Part shown: in pieces, positions 12,976 to 25,150 of the stretch
How the letters are laid out: the number at the start of each line of letters is the position of its first letter
Position numbering within the stretch: the stretch's first letter is position 1
Assembly: GCF_964213995.1 (NCBI RefSeq)
Contig: NC_135830.1
Coordinates: 14,012,001-14,076,000 of the forward strand
Source of the DNA: Mustelus asterias
Lineage: Eukaryota
Direction of reading: 5' to 3'
DNA length: 64,000 nucleotides
Notes under the pieces: generated by a model
The model's input: the letters and a program-made list of their open reading frames with translations, nothing else
Database searches by the model: none
Told to the model about the DNA's origin: nothing
Made by a program: the position numbers and the translations under genes

Positions 12976-13218
12976 TAAAGTTTTTGATAATCCGTTTAAC
13001 AAACCTGAATTGCTTCCTGATCGAAACAGCTCAGTGAGAATCATTAGATTGAGATTTGTCATGTTGTGTCCGAGTTGGAAATGTCACATGAGCAACAGGG
13101 CAAAAGCAAACACAGATAGTGAAGGACAGTAATAGGCTGCAAAGCGCTGGCGATAGAGATGGGGATACAAGGAAAAATCTGGGTGGCAATGGGGTTGACT
13201 TTATCGTTTTAACTCGGC

Positions 13219-15936
13219 CAGGGGTCTCCAAACTACGGCCCGCGGGCCACATCCGGCCCGCAGCGGGCCACATCCGGCCCGCAGCGGGCTACATCTGGCC
13301 CGCAGCCAGTGGGGCGGGACGGGATTCCCGCTGCCGAAAACATTCCCGCGTCCGGAACCCCGCCGCTGACTCAGGATCCGGACGCGGGGACGGAAGCCAC
13401 AGGCCGGACATTTGCTGCCGCTCCGCACGGTGTCTGATGGACCCATAGGAATCCCCGCCCTCTTTACCGGCCTATTCTCCAATCAGAGCTGCCGTCCTGT
13501 GACTGACAGTTCATTATACGAATCAGCAATTGAGACATCTGTTATCCAATTGCCGCTCTGCAGTGACTGAGTGGCAGCTGCTTTATCCAATCCGTAAGCT
13601 CCGGCTGTCTGAAATGAGCGAGAACAATGACAATGATGGCGGCAATTCAGACCAATTCGGCTATGGAAGGAAAAAAAAAGAAAAGTGGACAGTGAATGCC
13701 GCCTGTTTAATGAAGAATGGGGTGTAAAGTACTTCCTTGTACAAGCAGGTGATAAAGCCTTGTGTGCCATATGCAACGACACTGTTGCAGTTTTGAAGGA
13801 GTACAATGTACTTCGGCACTTTGAGACCAAACATGAACCAAGTTATTCCCAATTCACAGGAACACAGCGTTCGGAAAAATTTGAATCAATGCAAAGCAGG
13901 TTCCTTTCCCGACAAACTTTTTTTACGCAGAAGATAACTGAAAATGAAGCTTTAACCAGGGCCAGTTACAAACTAGCTTATGTGTTGGCTAAAAGAGGAA
14001 AGCCATTCACCAATGGAGATCTCATCAAAGAGTGGAGAATGGAAGCAGTGGAAGAGTTATGCCCAGTAAAAGCAAATCTGTTCAAAATCATCGCTCTTGC
14101 ACCAAATACTGTTGCTCGTAGAATTGAGGATATAGGAAGCAATATAATTCATCAAATTGCAGACAAAGCAAGACATTTTCAGTTGTATTCTCTCGCACTG
14201 GATGAATCGACTGATGTGTGTGACACATCACAACTCCTAGTATTCATCCGTGGCGTCGACCGTGAATTTAATGTGACACAAGAATTAGCATCAGTGCATA
14301 GCATGCACAGCACAGTAACTGGAGAAGACATCTTCAAAGAATTGCAAAAAAACTGTGTTATCATGTAACCTGGAGTGGAATAAACTGCAATGCGTGACAA
14401 TTGATGGAGGAAAGAACATATCTGGGGTGAAGAAAGGTTTGGTTGGACAAATCACAAAAGCTTGTGAGGTTGGTGAATTCTCAAAGCCTATTTTTCTGCA
14501 TTGCATTATCCATCAACAAGCATTGTGTGGAAAATATGTGGATCTGTCTTGCGTTCTGAAACCTGTTGTTCCAACAGTGAATTTCATTCTATCTCATGGG
14601 CTTAATCATCGCCAGTTTCGTGATTTTCTGAAAGAAACTGATTCTGAGTTCGGTGACTTGCCTTATTATACAGCAGTTCGATGGCTTAGTTGTGAAAAGG
14701 TTCTATCATGGTCCTTTCTCACACAGAAGAATCGACCCGGACCACTTTTATCAAACACTGACTGGCTTTGGAAATTGACATTTTTTGCAGACGTGACAGG
14801 CCATGTGAATCAATTGAATCTGAAGTTGCAAGGTGAAACAAATTGATTTGTGATCTATTCGCGGATGTCAAGGCATTCAGGGAAAAACTGGTGCTATTTC
14901 AAGGACAGCTGAAAGTTCATAACTTGGTTCATTTTCCATGTTGTGAAAAATTTCATGAAGAATTTGAAGCAGAATTTCCTTCTTCATTTGCAACATAAAT
15001 CATTAAGGACTTGCAAAACCAATTTCAGGAACGATGTTCTGATCTTGATGGAAACACAGATGAAATAAAGCTGTTTCAAAATCCATTTGGCTGCAATGTT
15101 GAAACACTCCCAAGTCAGTTTCAAATGGAAATTATTGATCTCCAATCAGATGACATGCTGAAACACAAGTATAAAGAAGGAAATCTGATCCAAATTTATA
15201 AATCTTTGCAGCCTGACCGGTTTCCAAATTTGAAGCGATTTGCTTGTGGGTTTGTATCAGTTTTTGGTACAACGTACCTGTGTCATCGAACATTTTCAAA
15301 AATTTCAAGCTTGAAACCTCAGTTCAGCAATATTTTGAAATTTAAAAAGCAGTTCCATCATTCCCATTAATCTTGTGCAAAACTTCATGATTTGTTGGTT
15401 ACGAATGAAAACTCCAATTGCCAGAATTGTGTAGAAAGGTGCAGACTCAATTTATTTTTGTTCGACCTTCATGAATGGTTCAAGTTTATTTTGAATTTCT
15501 TTGCCTTGTTTTACTGAAGTTCTTTCTTGGGCTGTGTTTATTTTTCTCATTGTGTGCCACAAAATTGGGCAAATTCTCATTTCAAGTAAACATTTGTAAA
15601 ATTTCAGTAAATAAAATAAATCAAAAAATGAATAGCCTGCATTTCTCATCTGCAGTTAAGTAATTGATTATTTCGTCAGAGCATTTGCTAATGTTTGATA
15701 TTTTTACTCATTATATATCTTCTCTCAGTGTAAGCATGGCATTGTTTCTTTGTAATTGTCACATTTCTCTTTTGTTCTGAACCATATCATCCTGATTACA
15801 AAGATGATCCAAATAAAACTTATTCATTCATTTAAATTTTATTCATTCATTTATAAAACTATTTTTTTTCTTTGGCCCCCGAAAATGTGTAAAATATACG
15901 ACGTGGCCCTCGTCCTGAAAAGTTTGGAGGCCCCTG
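13219..15936 (+). mobile_element. hAT (Charlie/OC1-like, GTF2IRD2-type) DNA transposon with disrupted transposase
   Basis: TIRs caggggtctccaaact / agtttggaggcccctg; subterminal gcgggccacatccggccc repeats; ORF pieces with CAIC..RHFETKH zinc finger, LALDESTD, TIDG, HCIIHQQAL, VRWLS, FGTTYLC; frameshifts and stops. Confidence 0.93.
13660..15370 (+). pseudogene. hAT transposase pseudogene
   Basis: ORFs 13685-14368, 14355-14846 and 15011-15370 in different frames. Confidence 0.88.
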
Positions 15937-16539
15937 TCTTCGGAGAAGGAGTAGCAAACTTAAAACAGAGTTGAGGAGAAACTACTTCTCCCAAAGGGTT
16001 TTGAATTTGTGGAATTCGCTACTCCAAAGTGCGGTCGATGCTGAGACACAGAGTAAACTTAAGGCGGAGTTAGACAGATTTTTAATTGGTAATGGGTTGA
16101 AGGGTTATGGGGAGACGGCAGGAAAATAGGGATGAGGAGCATATCAACCATGATTGAATGGCGGAGCGGACTTGATGGGCCATATCGCCTAATCCTGCTC
16201 CTATATCTTACGAATTTATGGTCCTTCCTATTTTATAATACATTCCCTCGGAATAAATGATAACATTTTATGACGTTTCTAATTAATTGCTGTACCTGTA
16301 TATTGGCCCCTTTTTATTCACACCCTAGGACAGCCCAGTCTCACTGTACCTCAGAATTTTGTGATCTCTCACCATTTAGATATTAACCGTATTTTACTTT
16401 TTTCCTGCGAAAATGGACAGTTTCACATTTGCCAACTTGGCGGAGCTTTGCCCACTCACTTCAGCTTTTTATATACCTTTATCGTCTCCTTACATCCTCT
16501 TCACCATTTATTTTCCTATCTATCTTTGTGTCATCAGCA

Positions 16540-17010
16540 AATTCAGCATCCATATCTGCTCTGTAAAATATTACTGTGTAGTCCAACAATTAATCAAGTT
16601 CTCCGTGTTTTCTGCTCTGTAACATATCACTGTGTATTCTAACAATTAATCCAGTTCCCCTGGATTCCTGCTCTGTAACATATCACTGTGTTATCCAACA
16701 ATTAATCCAGTTCCCCTGGATTACTGCTCTGTAACATATTATTGGAATCCAACAATTAATTCAGTTCCCCTGGATTAATGATCTGTCAAATATTACTGTG
16801 TATTCTCAGAATTAATCCAGTTCTCCTGTATTACTGCTCTGTAACATATCACTGTTAATCCAACAATTAATCCAGTTCTTCTGGATTTCTGCTCTGTAAC
16901 ATGTCATTGTGTAATCCCACAATTAAAGCAGTACTCCTACATTACACTGTGTAATCCAATAATTAATCCAATTCTCCTGATTTATGTCTCCCTATGTCAC
17001 TGCGTAATGG
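16540..17010. repeat. Tandem array, ~56-bp unit, ~8 copies
   Basis: acaattaatccagttcccctggattactgctctgtaacatatcactgtgtaatcca recurring at ~16586, 16642, 16698, 16752, 16808, 16863, 16919. Confidence 0.9.
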
Positions 17011-17329
17011 AACCCGCTCCTGATACAGTGAACACAAAACATGTGAGAGAGCTCCCTCTGGTGGTGACGTGAGGTAAATGGCCTCTGCTTGGGAGATCAG
17101 TAAATTCTCAGATCACTGAAGGATCTTGTTGCAGGATTATGCTGCTGTATTTTTTCTTGTTCCTATTAATCTTATTATAATATACTTAAATTTACATGGA
17201 CGTATGCACGGAAATAATCCGAACTTTAGTTTGAATCCTCATCAATTGCTTTGTCTGTTTTGAATGTCCTAAACTTTTGTGTTAAACGACATTCGTGTTA
17301 CACAATTTGAAACCACAGCAATACTGGTA

Positions 17330-19855
17330 ATCAAGCCTCTATTTAAGTCAGCCTTTAAAGAATATTCAATAACTCTGCTTTCACTGCTCTCCAGGGAAGA
17401 GAATTCCACAGACTAATGACCGTCTCAGGGGAAATATTTCTCCTCCTCTCTTTCTTACATCTTGGGCCCAGTATTTTTAATCTAACTCCTCAAGTGCTCG
17501 TCTCTCATACAAGGGAAGACACTCTCTCAGCATCTATACTGCTAAGTCCCCTCAAGATCTTAAACATTTCAATAAGATTGCTTCATTCTTCTGAACTTCA
17601 ATGGATACAAGCCCAATCTGTCCAATATTTCCTCCTGAGACACTTCCTCATCCCAGAAATCAGTCAAGTGAACCATCTCCGAACTGCTTCTGATATAATT
17701 ATATCCTATCATAAGTGAGGAGACCAAAACTGTACATTATTCCAGATATGGCCTTGCCAACACCCTGTACAACTGCAATAAAACATCCCTGCTTTCACAT
17801 CCTGTTCCCTTTGCAATAAGGAACACTTGCTAATCAAAGAACAAAAAGAACAAAGAACAATACAGCACAGGAACAGGCCTTTCGGCCCTCCAAGCCCGCG
17901 CCGCTCCCTGGTCCCAACTAGACCATTCTTTTGTATCCCTCCATTCCCACTCCGTTCATGTGGCTATCTAGATAAGCCTTAAACGTTCCCAGTGTGTCCG
18001 CCTCCACCACCTTGCCTGGCAGCGCATTCCAGGCCCCCACCCCCTCTGTGTAAAATACGTCCTTCTGATATCCGTTTTAAACCTCCCCCACCTCATCTTG
18101 AACCTATGACCGCTCGTGAACGTCACCACCGACCTGGGAAAAAGCTTCCCACCGTTCACCCTATCTATGCCATTCGTAATTTTATACACCACTAATAAGT
18201 CTCCCCTCATCCTCCGTCTTTCCAACCCCAGTTTACCCAATATCTCCTCATAACCAAGCCCTTCCATACCAGGCAACATCATGGTAAACCTCCTCTGCTC
18301 TCTCTCTAAAGCTTCCACGTCCTTCTGGTAGTGTGGCGACCAGAACTGGGCGCAGTATTCCAAATGCGGCCGAACCAACGGTCTGTACAACTGCAACATC
18401 AGACCCCAACTTTTAGACTCTATGACCCATCCTATAAAGGCAAGCATGCCATATGCCTTATTCACTACCTTCTCCACCTGTGACATCACCTTCAAGGATC
18501 TGTGGACTTGCACACCCAGGTCCCTCTGCGTATCTACACCCTTTATGGTTCCGCCATTTATCGTATAATTCTACCAAAATGCATCACTTTGCATTGATCA
18601 GGATTGAGCTCCATCTGCCATTTCTTTCCCAAATTTCCAGCCGATCTATATCCTTCTGTAGCCTCTGACAATGTTCCTCACTATCTGCAAGTCCAGCCAT
18701 TTTCGCGTCGTCCGCAAACTTACTGATCACCCCAGTTACACCTTCTTCTAGATCGTTTATATAAATCACAAACAGCAGAGGTCCCAATACAGAGCCCTGC
18801 GGAACACCCTACTCACAGGCATCTAGCCAGAAAAAGATCCTTCCACTACCACCCTCTGTCTTCTGTGACCAAGCCAGTTCTGCACCCATCTAGCCACTTT
18901 CCCCTTTATCCCATGAGATCCAACCTTTTGCACCAACCTACCATGAGGGACTTAGTCAAATGCTTTACTAAAGTCCATATAGACGACATCCACGGCCCTT
19001 CCCTCGTCAACCATTCTAGTCACTTCTTCAAAAAACTCCACCAGGTTAGTGAGGCATGACTTCCCTCTCACAAAACCATGCTGACTATCGTTAATGAGTT
19101 TATTCCTTTCTAAATGCGCATATATCCTATCTCTAAGAATCCTCTCCAACAACTTCCCTACCACGGACGTCAAGCTCACCGGCCTATAATTTCCTGGGTT
19201 ATCCTTCCTACCCTTCTTAAATAACGGGACCACGTTAGATATCCTCCAATCCTCTGGGACCTCACCTGTGTCCAATGACGAGACAAAGATTTGCGTCAGA
19301 GGCACAGCGATTTCATCTCTCGTCTCCCTGAGCAGCCTGGGATAGATTCCATCAGACCCTGGGGATTTGTCAGTCTTTATATTCCCTAAAAAAACCTAAC
19401 ACTTCCTCCCTTGTAATGGAGATTTTCTCGAACGGGTCAACACTCCCCTCCGAGACACTCCCAGTCAACACATCCCTCTCCTTTGTGAATACCGACGCAA
19501 AGTATTCATTTAGGATCTCCCCGACTTCTTTGGGCTCTCAGCATAATTCCCCACTTTTGTGCCTGAGAGGTCCGACTTTTTCCCTGACAACCCTTTTGTT
19601 CCTAACGTATGAATAAAATGCCTTGGGATTCTCCTTAATCCTGTCTGCCAAGGACACTTCTTGACCCCTTTTTGCCCTTCTAATTCCTCGTTTGAGTTCT
19701 TTCCTACTTTCTTTGTATTCCTCCAGAGCTCCCTCCGTTTTTAGGTGCCTGGACCTAACGTACGCCTCTCTTTTCTTTTTGACCAATCCCTCAATTTCTC
19801 TGGTTATCCACGGTTCTCGAATTCTACCTTTCCTATCCTTCATTTTTTCAGGCAC
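17330..19855 (-). mobile_element. CR1 LINE (5'-truncated, 17836-19855) inserted in an older CR1 fragment
   Basis: ORFs 17968-18513, 18584-18787, 18952-19305 and 19538-19855; (aagaacaa)n tail at ~17836. Confidence 0.88.
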
Positions 19856-20315
19856 ATCCTATTCTGTCTACTCATGTCTACTCACTTTTTTGTGATGTAT
19901 GTGCCAGGACTCCTAGATCGCTCTGTACAGCAGAGTTTGGCAATCTCTCGCCATTTAAAAAATACCCTGTTTTTCTGTTTATTCTGCCAAAGTGGAAAAG
20001 GTCACATTTTCCTCCATTATTCTCCATCTGTTCTGGATTTCTTCAAGATTACCGGGGAGGCAGGTGAGAGTGTGATAAGATAGTTAAGTCTGGCGGTAAC
20101 TAAGGAAAGGGGTGATGCCTTCAGCACAAGATCAGCTGAGAATAGGGCGGAATTGGCTGATGTGACTGAGGTGGAAATAGTTGGCCTCGGTGATGATGTG
20201 GCTTGAGGTTAAATATGATACTGTGGTTGTGAACGTTATGGTTTAACCTCAGCCAGTTTTCAGGGAGCGGGATGAAGTTTATAGCAGGGACTAATTAAAG
20301 TATAATCCCGGTCAT

Positions 20316-21770
20316 TAGTGGTGTTCCGCAGGGCTCTGTATTGGGACCTCTGCTGTTTGTGATTTATATAAATGATCTGGAAGTAGGAGTAACTGGGGTG
20401 ATCAGTAAGTTTGCGGACGACACAAAACTGGCCGGACTTGCAGATAGTGAGGAACATTGTCAGAGGCTACAGAAGGATATAGATAGGCTGGAAATTTGGG
20501 CAAGGAAATGGCAGATGGAGTTCACTCCTGATCAATGCGAAGTGATGCATTTTGGTGGGAATAATGTAGGGAGGAGCTACACGATAAATGGAAGAACCAT
20601 AAAGGGTGTAGAGACGCAGAGGGACCTGGGTGTGCAAGTCCACAGATCTTTGAAGGTGACGTCACAGGTGGAGAAGGTGGTGAAGAAGGCATATGGCATG
20701 CTTGCCTTTATAGGACGGGGCATAGAGTATAAGAGTTGGGGTCTGATGTTGCAGATGTATAGAACGTTGGTTCGGCCGCATTTGGAATACTGCGTCCAGT
20801 TCTGGTCGCCACACTACCAGAAGGACGTGGAGGCTTTGGAGAGAGTACAGAGGAGGTTTACCAGAATGTTGCCTGGTATGGAGGGGCTTGGTTATGAGGA
20901 GAGATTGGGGAAACTGGGGTTGTTCTCCTTGGAAAGACGGAGGATGAGGGGAGACTTAATAGAGGTGTATAAAATTATGAAAGGCATAGATAGGGTGAAC
21001 GGTGGGAAGCTTTTCCCCGGGTCGGTGGTGACGTTCACGAGGGGTCATAGGTTCAAGGTGAAGGGGGGGAGGTTTAACACAGATATCAGAAGGACATATT
21101 TCACACAGAGGGTCGTGGGCGCCTGGAATGTGTTGCCGGGCAAGGTGGTGGAGGCGGACACACTGGGAACGTTTAAGACTTATCTAGACAGCTATATGAA
21201 CGGAGTGGGAATGGAGGGATACAAAAGAGTGGTCTAGTTTGGACCAGGGAGCGGCGCGGGCTAATTGTTCCTTGTTTCTCGTTTCAAGGCTTCATTCTAT
21301 GATCATCTTGCTGGTGCCAGTACAGAGCGAGACTGCGAATAGTTGGGAACCTGTCTCGGGGGCAGGGAATTCATATGGTGTTCGTGCAAGTGGAAATGAC
21401 TAGGGTTGGGAAGCATTTTCCGATCAGGGCCATTGTGATCTCCTGGACTCGTTTCGATCGCCTCAGGGGGTCGGAGATGAATTTCCCAGGTTTTTTTTCC
21501 CCATATTGGCCCTGGGGTTTTTCACTCTGGGTTTTCGCCTCTCCCTGGAGATCACATGGTCTGGAATGGGGGGGTGGGGGTGAGTTAATAGGTTGTAATG
21601 AACAAAGCATCGTAGCTGTGAGGGACAGCTCGGTGGATAGGATATTGGTATGTAGGTAGGCTGGAAAATTGGGCGGGATCCTGGATTCAGGATTCAATCC
21701 TGGACCGGGGAGCGGCGCGGGCTTGGAGGGCCGAAGGGCCTGTTCCTGTGCTGTATTGTTCTTTGTTCTT
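20316..21770 (+). mobile_element. 5'-truncated CR1 with ~460-bp insert in its 3'UTR
   Basis: ORF 20341-21237 RT C-terminus; duplicated tggacc(a/g)gggagcggcgcgggct at ~21240 and ~21701; tail ttgttctttgttcttt. Confidence 0.9.
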
Positions 21771-21774
21771 TGTA

Positions 21775-22020
21775 TTGGTCACTGTCTGTGTGGTTTGCAC
21801 ATTCTCCCAGTGTCTTCATGGGTTTCCTCCGAGTGCTCCGGTTTCCTCCCACAATCCAAAAATGTACAGGTTAGGTTGATCCGCCATGGAAAATTACGCC
21901 TTAGTGTTTGCGGGATTAGGGGAAATATGTGGGGTTACAGGAATAGGGACTGGGTAGGATTGTGATCGGCGCATATTCGATGGGACGAATGGTCTTCTTC
22001 TGCACTGAAGAGAGTCTATG
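21775..22020 (+). mobile_element. SINE (HE1-like), 5'-truncated
   Basis: ggtcactgtctgtgtgg...tttcctcccacaatccaaa core and CR1-like tail. Confidence 0.7.
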
Positions 22021-22790
22021 ATAAGTTGAATGCTTGAACCCAATTTGCCTCAATGTTTTAGAGATGGTAAAGGAGTCAATAATCATCACAAAAACATCGG
22101 CATGTGGAAGGATTGGAGCCTGATATTAGTCAGAGGGCAGAGCGAGTGAGAGAAGGTGTTTCTGATATGGGAACACATGTGAACATGTGAATGAAAACCC
22201 CCTTTGAGAGCTGCCTTCTGAATTATTGCACTGTAACCATCTCAGCACTCTGTTCATTTCTTTTATGGGTGGAAGTGACAATGAAAGGGTTTCCTAGCCG
22301 GCTGGTATTTAATTGTAGTTAATGAGAACTAGCTTTGCATATCTCCTGGGGACCGTCAACCTGCTGTCTGAACTTTGCTCCCGTGCTTTGAACACCTGAG
22401 TGTCGAGTTACTGGAAGCGCTGACATTATTCCCTCTTTTAAAAATTCCAATCTCCGAAGGTCATGGCTCTTTGTAAAAACAATAACTAACCCGATTGTAG
22501 ATATTAATTTTAAACAGAGGTGCCATTGAGATGAATCCTGCGTTCATTAGTGGAAGTGTTCATACTTTAAGATTGTACAACTGAATGTACAGTGACAGCT
22601 GGTATCTTTGCTGTTAAGCGGCAGGAATACTTTTGAAGCATCTTGCCACAAACACATGTTCTTTCCTTTGAACTATAGTGGGAAGGAGTCCATAATTGAT
22701 ATCAGACGTGGAACAGCGGCATAACGACTCCTTCCTTCACCAACAGGTCCTCACTTTGTTCTTGAATTGGGAGTTTCTCTTCGAAAGGCA

Positions 22791-24014
22791 GGGAGGTCGT
22801 GCCTTACAAATTTGGTGGAGTTTTTTGAGGAAGTGACAAAAACGGTTGATGAAGGAAGGGCCGTGGATGTCGTCGATATGGATTTCAGTAAGGCATTTGA
22901 CAAAGTCCCACATGGCAGGTTGGTTAAGAAGGTTAAGGCTCATGGGATACAAGGAGAAGTGGCTAGATGGGTGGAGAACTGGCTTGGCCATAGGAGACAG
23001 AGGGTAGTGGTCGAAGGGTATTTTTCCGGCTGGAGATCTGTGACCAGTGGTGTTCCGCAGGGCTCTGTACTGGGACCTCTGCTATTTGTGATATATTTAA
23101 ATGATTTGGAAGAAGGTGTAACTGGTGTAATCAGCAAGTTTGCGGATGACACGAAGATGGCTGGAATTGCGGATAGCGAAGAGCATTGTCGGGCAATACA
23201 GCAGAATATAGATAGGCTGGAAAGTTGGGCGGAGAGGTGGCAGATGGAGTTTAATCAGGATAAATGCGAAGTGATGCATTTTGGAAGAAATAATGTAGGG
23301 AGGAGTTATACAATAAATGGCAGAGTCATCAGGAGTATAGAAACACAGAGGGACCTAGGTGTGCAAGTCCACAAATCCTTGAAGGTGGCAACACAGGTGG
23401 AGAAGGTGGTGAAGGCATATGGTATGCTTGCCTTTATAGGACGGGGTATAGAGTATAAAAGCTGGAGTCTGATGATGCAGCTGTATAGAACGCTGGTTAG
23501 GCCACATTTGGAGTACTGCGTCCAGTTCTGGTCGCCGCACTACCAGAAGGACGTGGAGGCGTTAGAGAGAGTGCAGAGAAGTTTACCAGGATGTTGCCTG
23601 GTATGGAGGGTCTTAGCTATGAGGAGAGATTGGGTAAACTGGGGTTGTTCTCCCTGGAATGACGAAGAATGAGGGGAGATCTAATAGAGGTGTACAAGAT
23701 TATGAAGGGGGAAACTTTTTCCAGGTCAGAGGTGACGATCACGAGGGGTCACGGGCTCAAGGTGAGAGGGGCGAAGTATAACTCAGATATCAGAGGGATG
23801 TTTTTTACACAGAGGGTGGTGGGGGCCTGGAATGCGCTGCCAAGGAGGGTGGTGGAGGCAGGCACGCTGACATCGTTTAAGACTTACCTGGATAGTCACA
23901 TGGGCAGCCTGGGAATGGAGGGATACAAACGATTTGTCTAGTTGAACCAAGCAGCGGCACAGGCTTGGAGGGCCGAAGGGCCTGTTTCCTGTGCTGTACT
24001 GTTCTTTGTTCTTT
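22791..24014 (+). mobile_element. 5'-truncated CR1, ~450 bp upstream of V leader
   Basis: ORFs 22767-23672 and 23669-23941; the paralogous copy at ~52190 shows the empty site. Confidence 0.9.
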
Positions 24015-24356
24015 GACGCTGCCAATGTGTCACAAGACAGCCTGGTGAGTCAATCAGCCACGCGGACATACAATACAATAATTGTTCAACAATTGCCTCG
24101 GAGTTTCATGAGGGAAAACTCGCATTCACGGCTGAGCCACTCCCCTGATGGTAAGACTTCAATAAACGGATTGATCCTGAATGAACCAAATCCTGGAGCA
24201 AACCTGAGTTTGACGGTCACGATAATCAGAATCGGATTTAACTGTCACCATTTGCTGTGTAAAACGGGAATATTCCCCCCATAAATCACTGACTGTTACC
24301 CAGCTCTGACAGCCAGCTCACCGGCCTGCCTGTTCACACTGTCACTGGGAACACCA

Positions 24357-24429
24357 GGAAGTGAAGTGAGAACATCCTGAGGCATCAGCAGATTATTGAG
24401 GGCGGGGTTTAGAACGGGTGTCTTCAAAA
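24357..24429 (+). promoter_or_regulatory. V-gene promoter module (ETS-like GGAAGTG ... GC box GGGCGGG)
   Basis: Conserved at the same position upstream of the leaders at 24465, 33970 and 50184. Confidence 0.65.
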
Positions 24430-24464
24430 TCCCCAACTCCCTTTTTACAGAGCGGCCAGAGACA

Positions 24465-24933
24465 ATGCCGCTGCTCAGCATCTGGGTTGTGTGGGCAATA
24501 TTTCTGACAGGTAAATGTGGACCAAACACATTTCTACTTGTCTTTCAATTTTCATACATGACGTAAACCTTAATTTTCAACAGTTATCGGTCAGATCTTT
24601 TGATATTTGAATGTTGTTTTTCAGATATGATTCATGGAGATTCTGTCACTCAGTCGCTGTCTTCAGATGTCAGGACAGAAGGAGAAGCGGTGACTTTAAA
24701 CTGTAACTATGATCCTGCATTTAGCTACTACTATCTATACTGGTACCGGCAGCACCCAGACTCACAGCCCGAGTTTATTTTGTGGAAATACTCGGGCGGC
24801 AGTGAAGAAAAAGCCAATTTTGCCAAAAGCCGTTTCTCTGCTGAGCTTCAGACAGAGAATACATTCACCAGTTTATCCATCTTGGGTCTAAAGCTGACTG
24901 ACGCCGCCGTGTATTATTGCGCGCTTTCAGACG
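24465..24933 (+). CDS. TCR alpha/delta-type V segment, intact (leader 24465-24510, V exon 24625-24933)
   Basis: MPLLSIWVVWAIFLT / GT-AG intron / DMIHGDSVTQ..VTLNC..LYWYRQ..DAAVYYCALSD; open frame; canonical RSS follows. Confidence 0.95.
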
Positions 24934-24972
24934 CACAGTGATATAAAGCAAGCTCAGCCCTGTACAAAAACT
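24934..24972 (+). other. 23-RSS (CACAGTG-23-ACAAAAACT)
   Basis: Heptamer 24934-24940, 23-bp spacer, nonamer 24964-24972. Confidence 0.97.
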
Positions 24973-25150
24973 GTATTTCACTGCAGAGTGCAGCTGCTGT
25001 CTGTTGGGGTCTGTGGAGGATTGTAGTAGATGCAGCCGCAATGTGCAGCGAAAGGAAACCAAACTCAATTCGAATGAAACTGTTCCCAGGAGAGACTGAG
25101 AAAACAAACTTCAGAATTCAATCAGGCAAACAGATCATCGCAGAATCACA

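Noticed and set aside
13685-14846. Domesticated GTF2IRD2/ZBED-like host gene
   Set aside because: Frameshifted, intronless and bounded by TIRs, so a transposon copy
16540-17010. CRISPR-like array
   Set aside because: Vertebrate DNA; contiguous tandem units with no unique spacers and no cas genes
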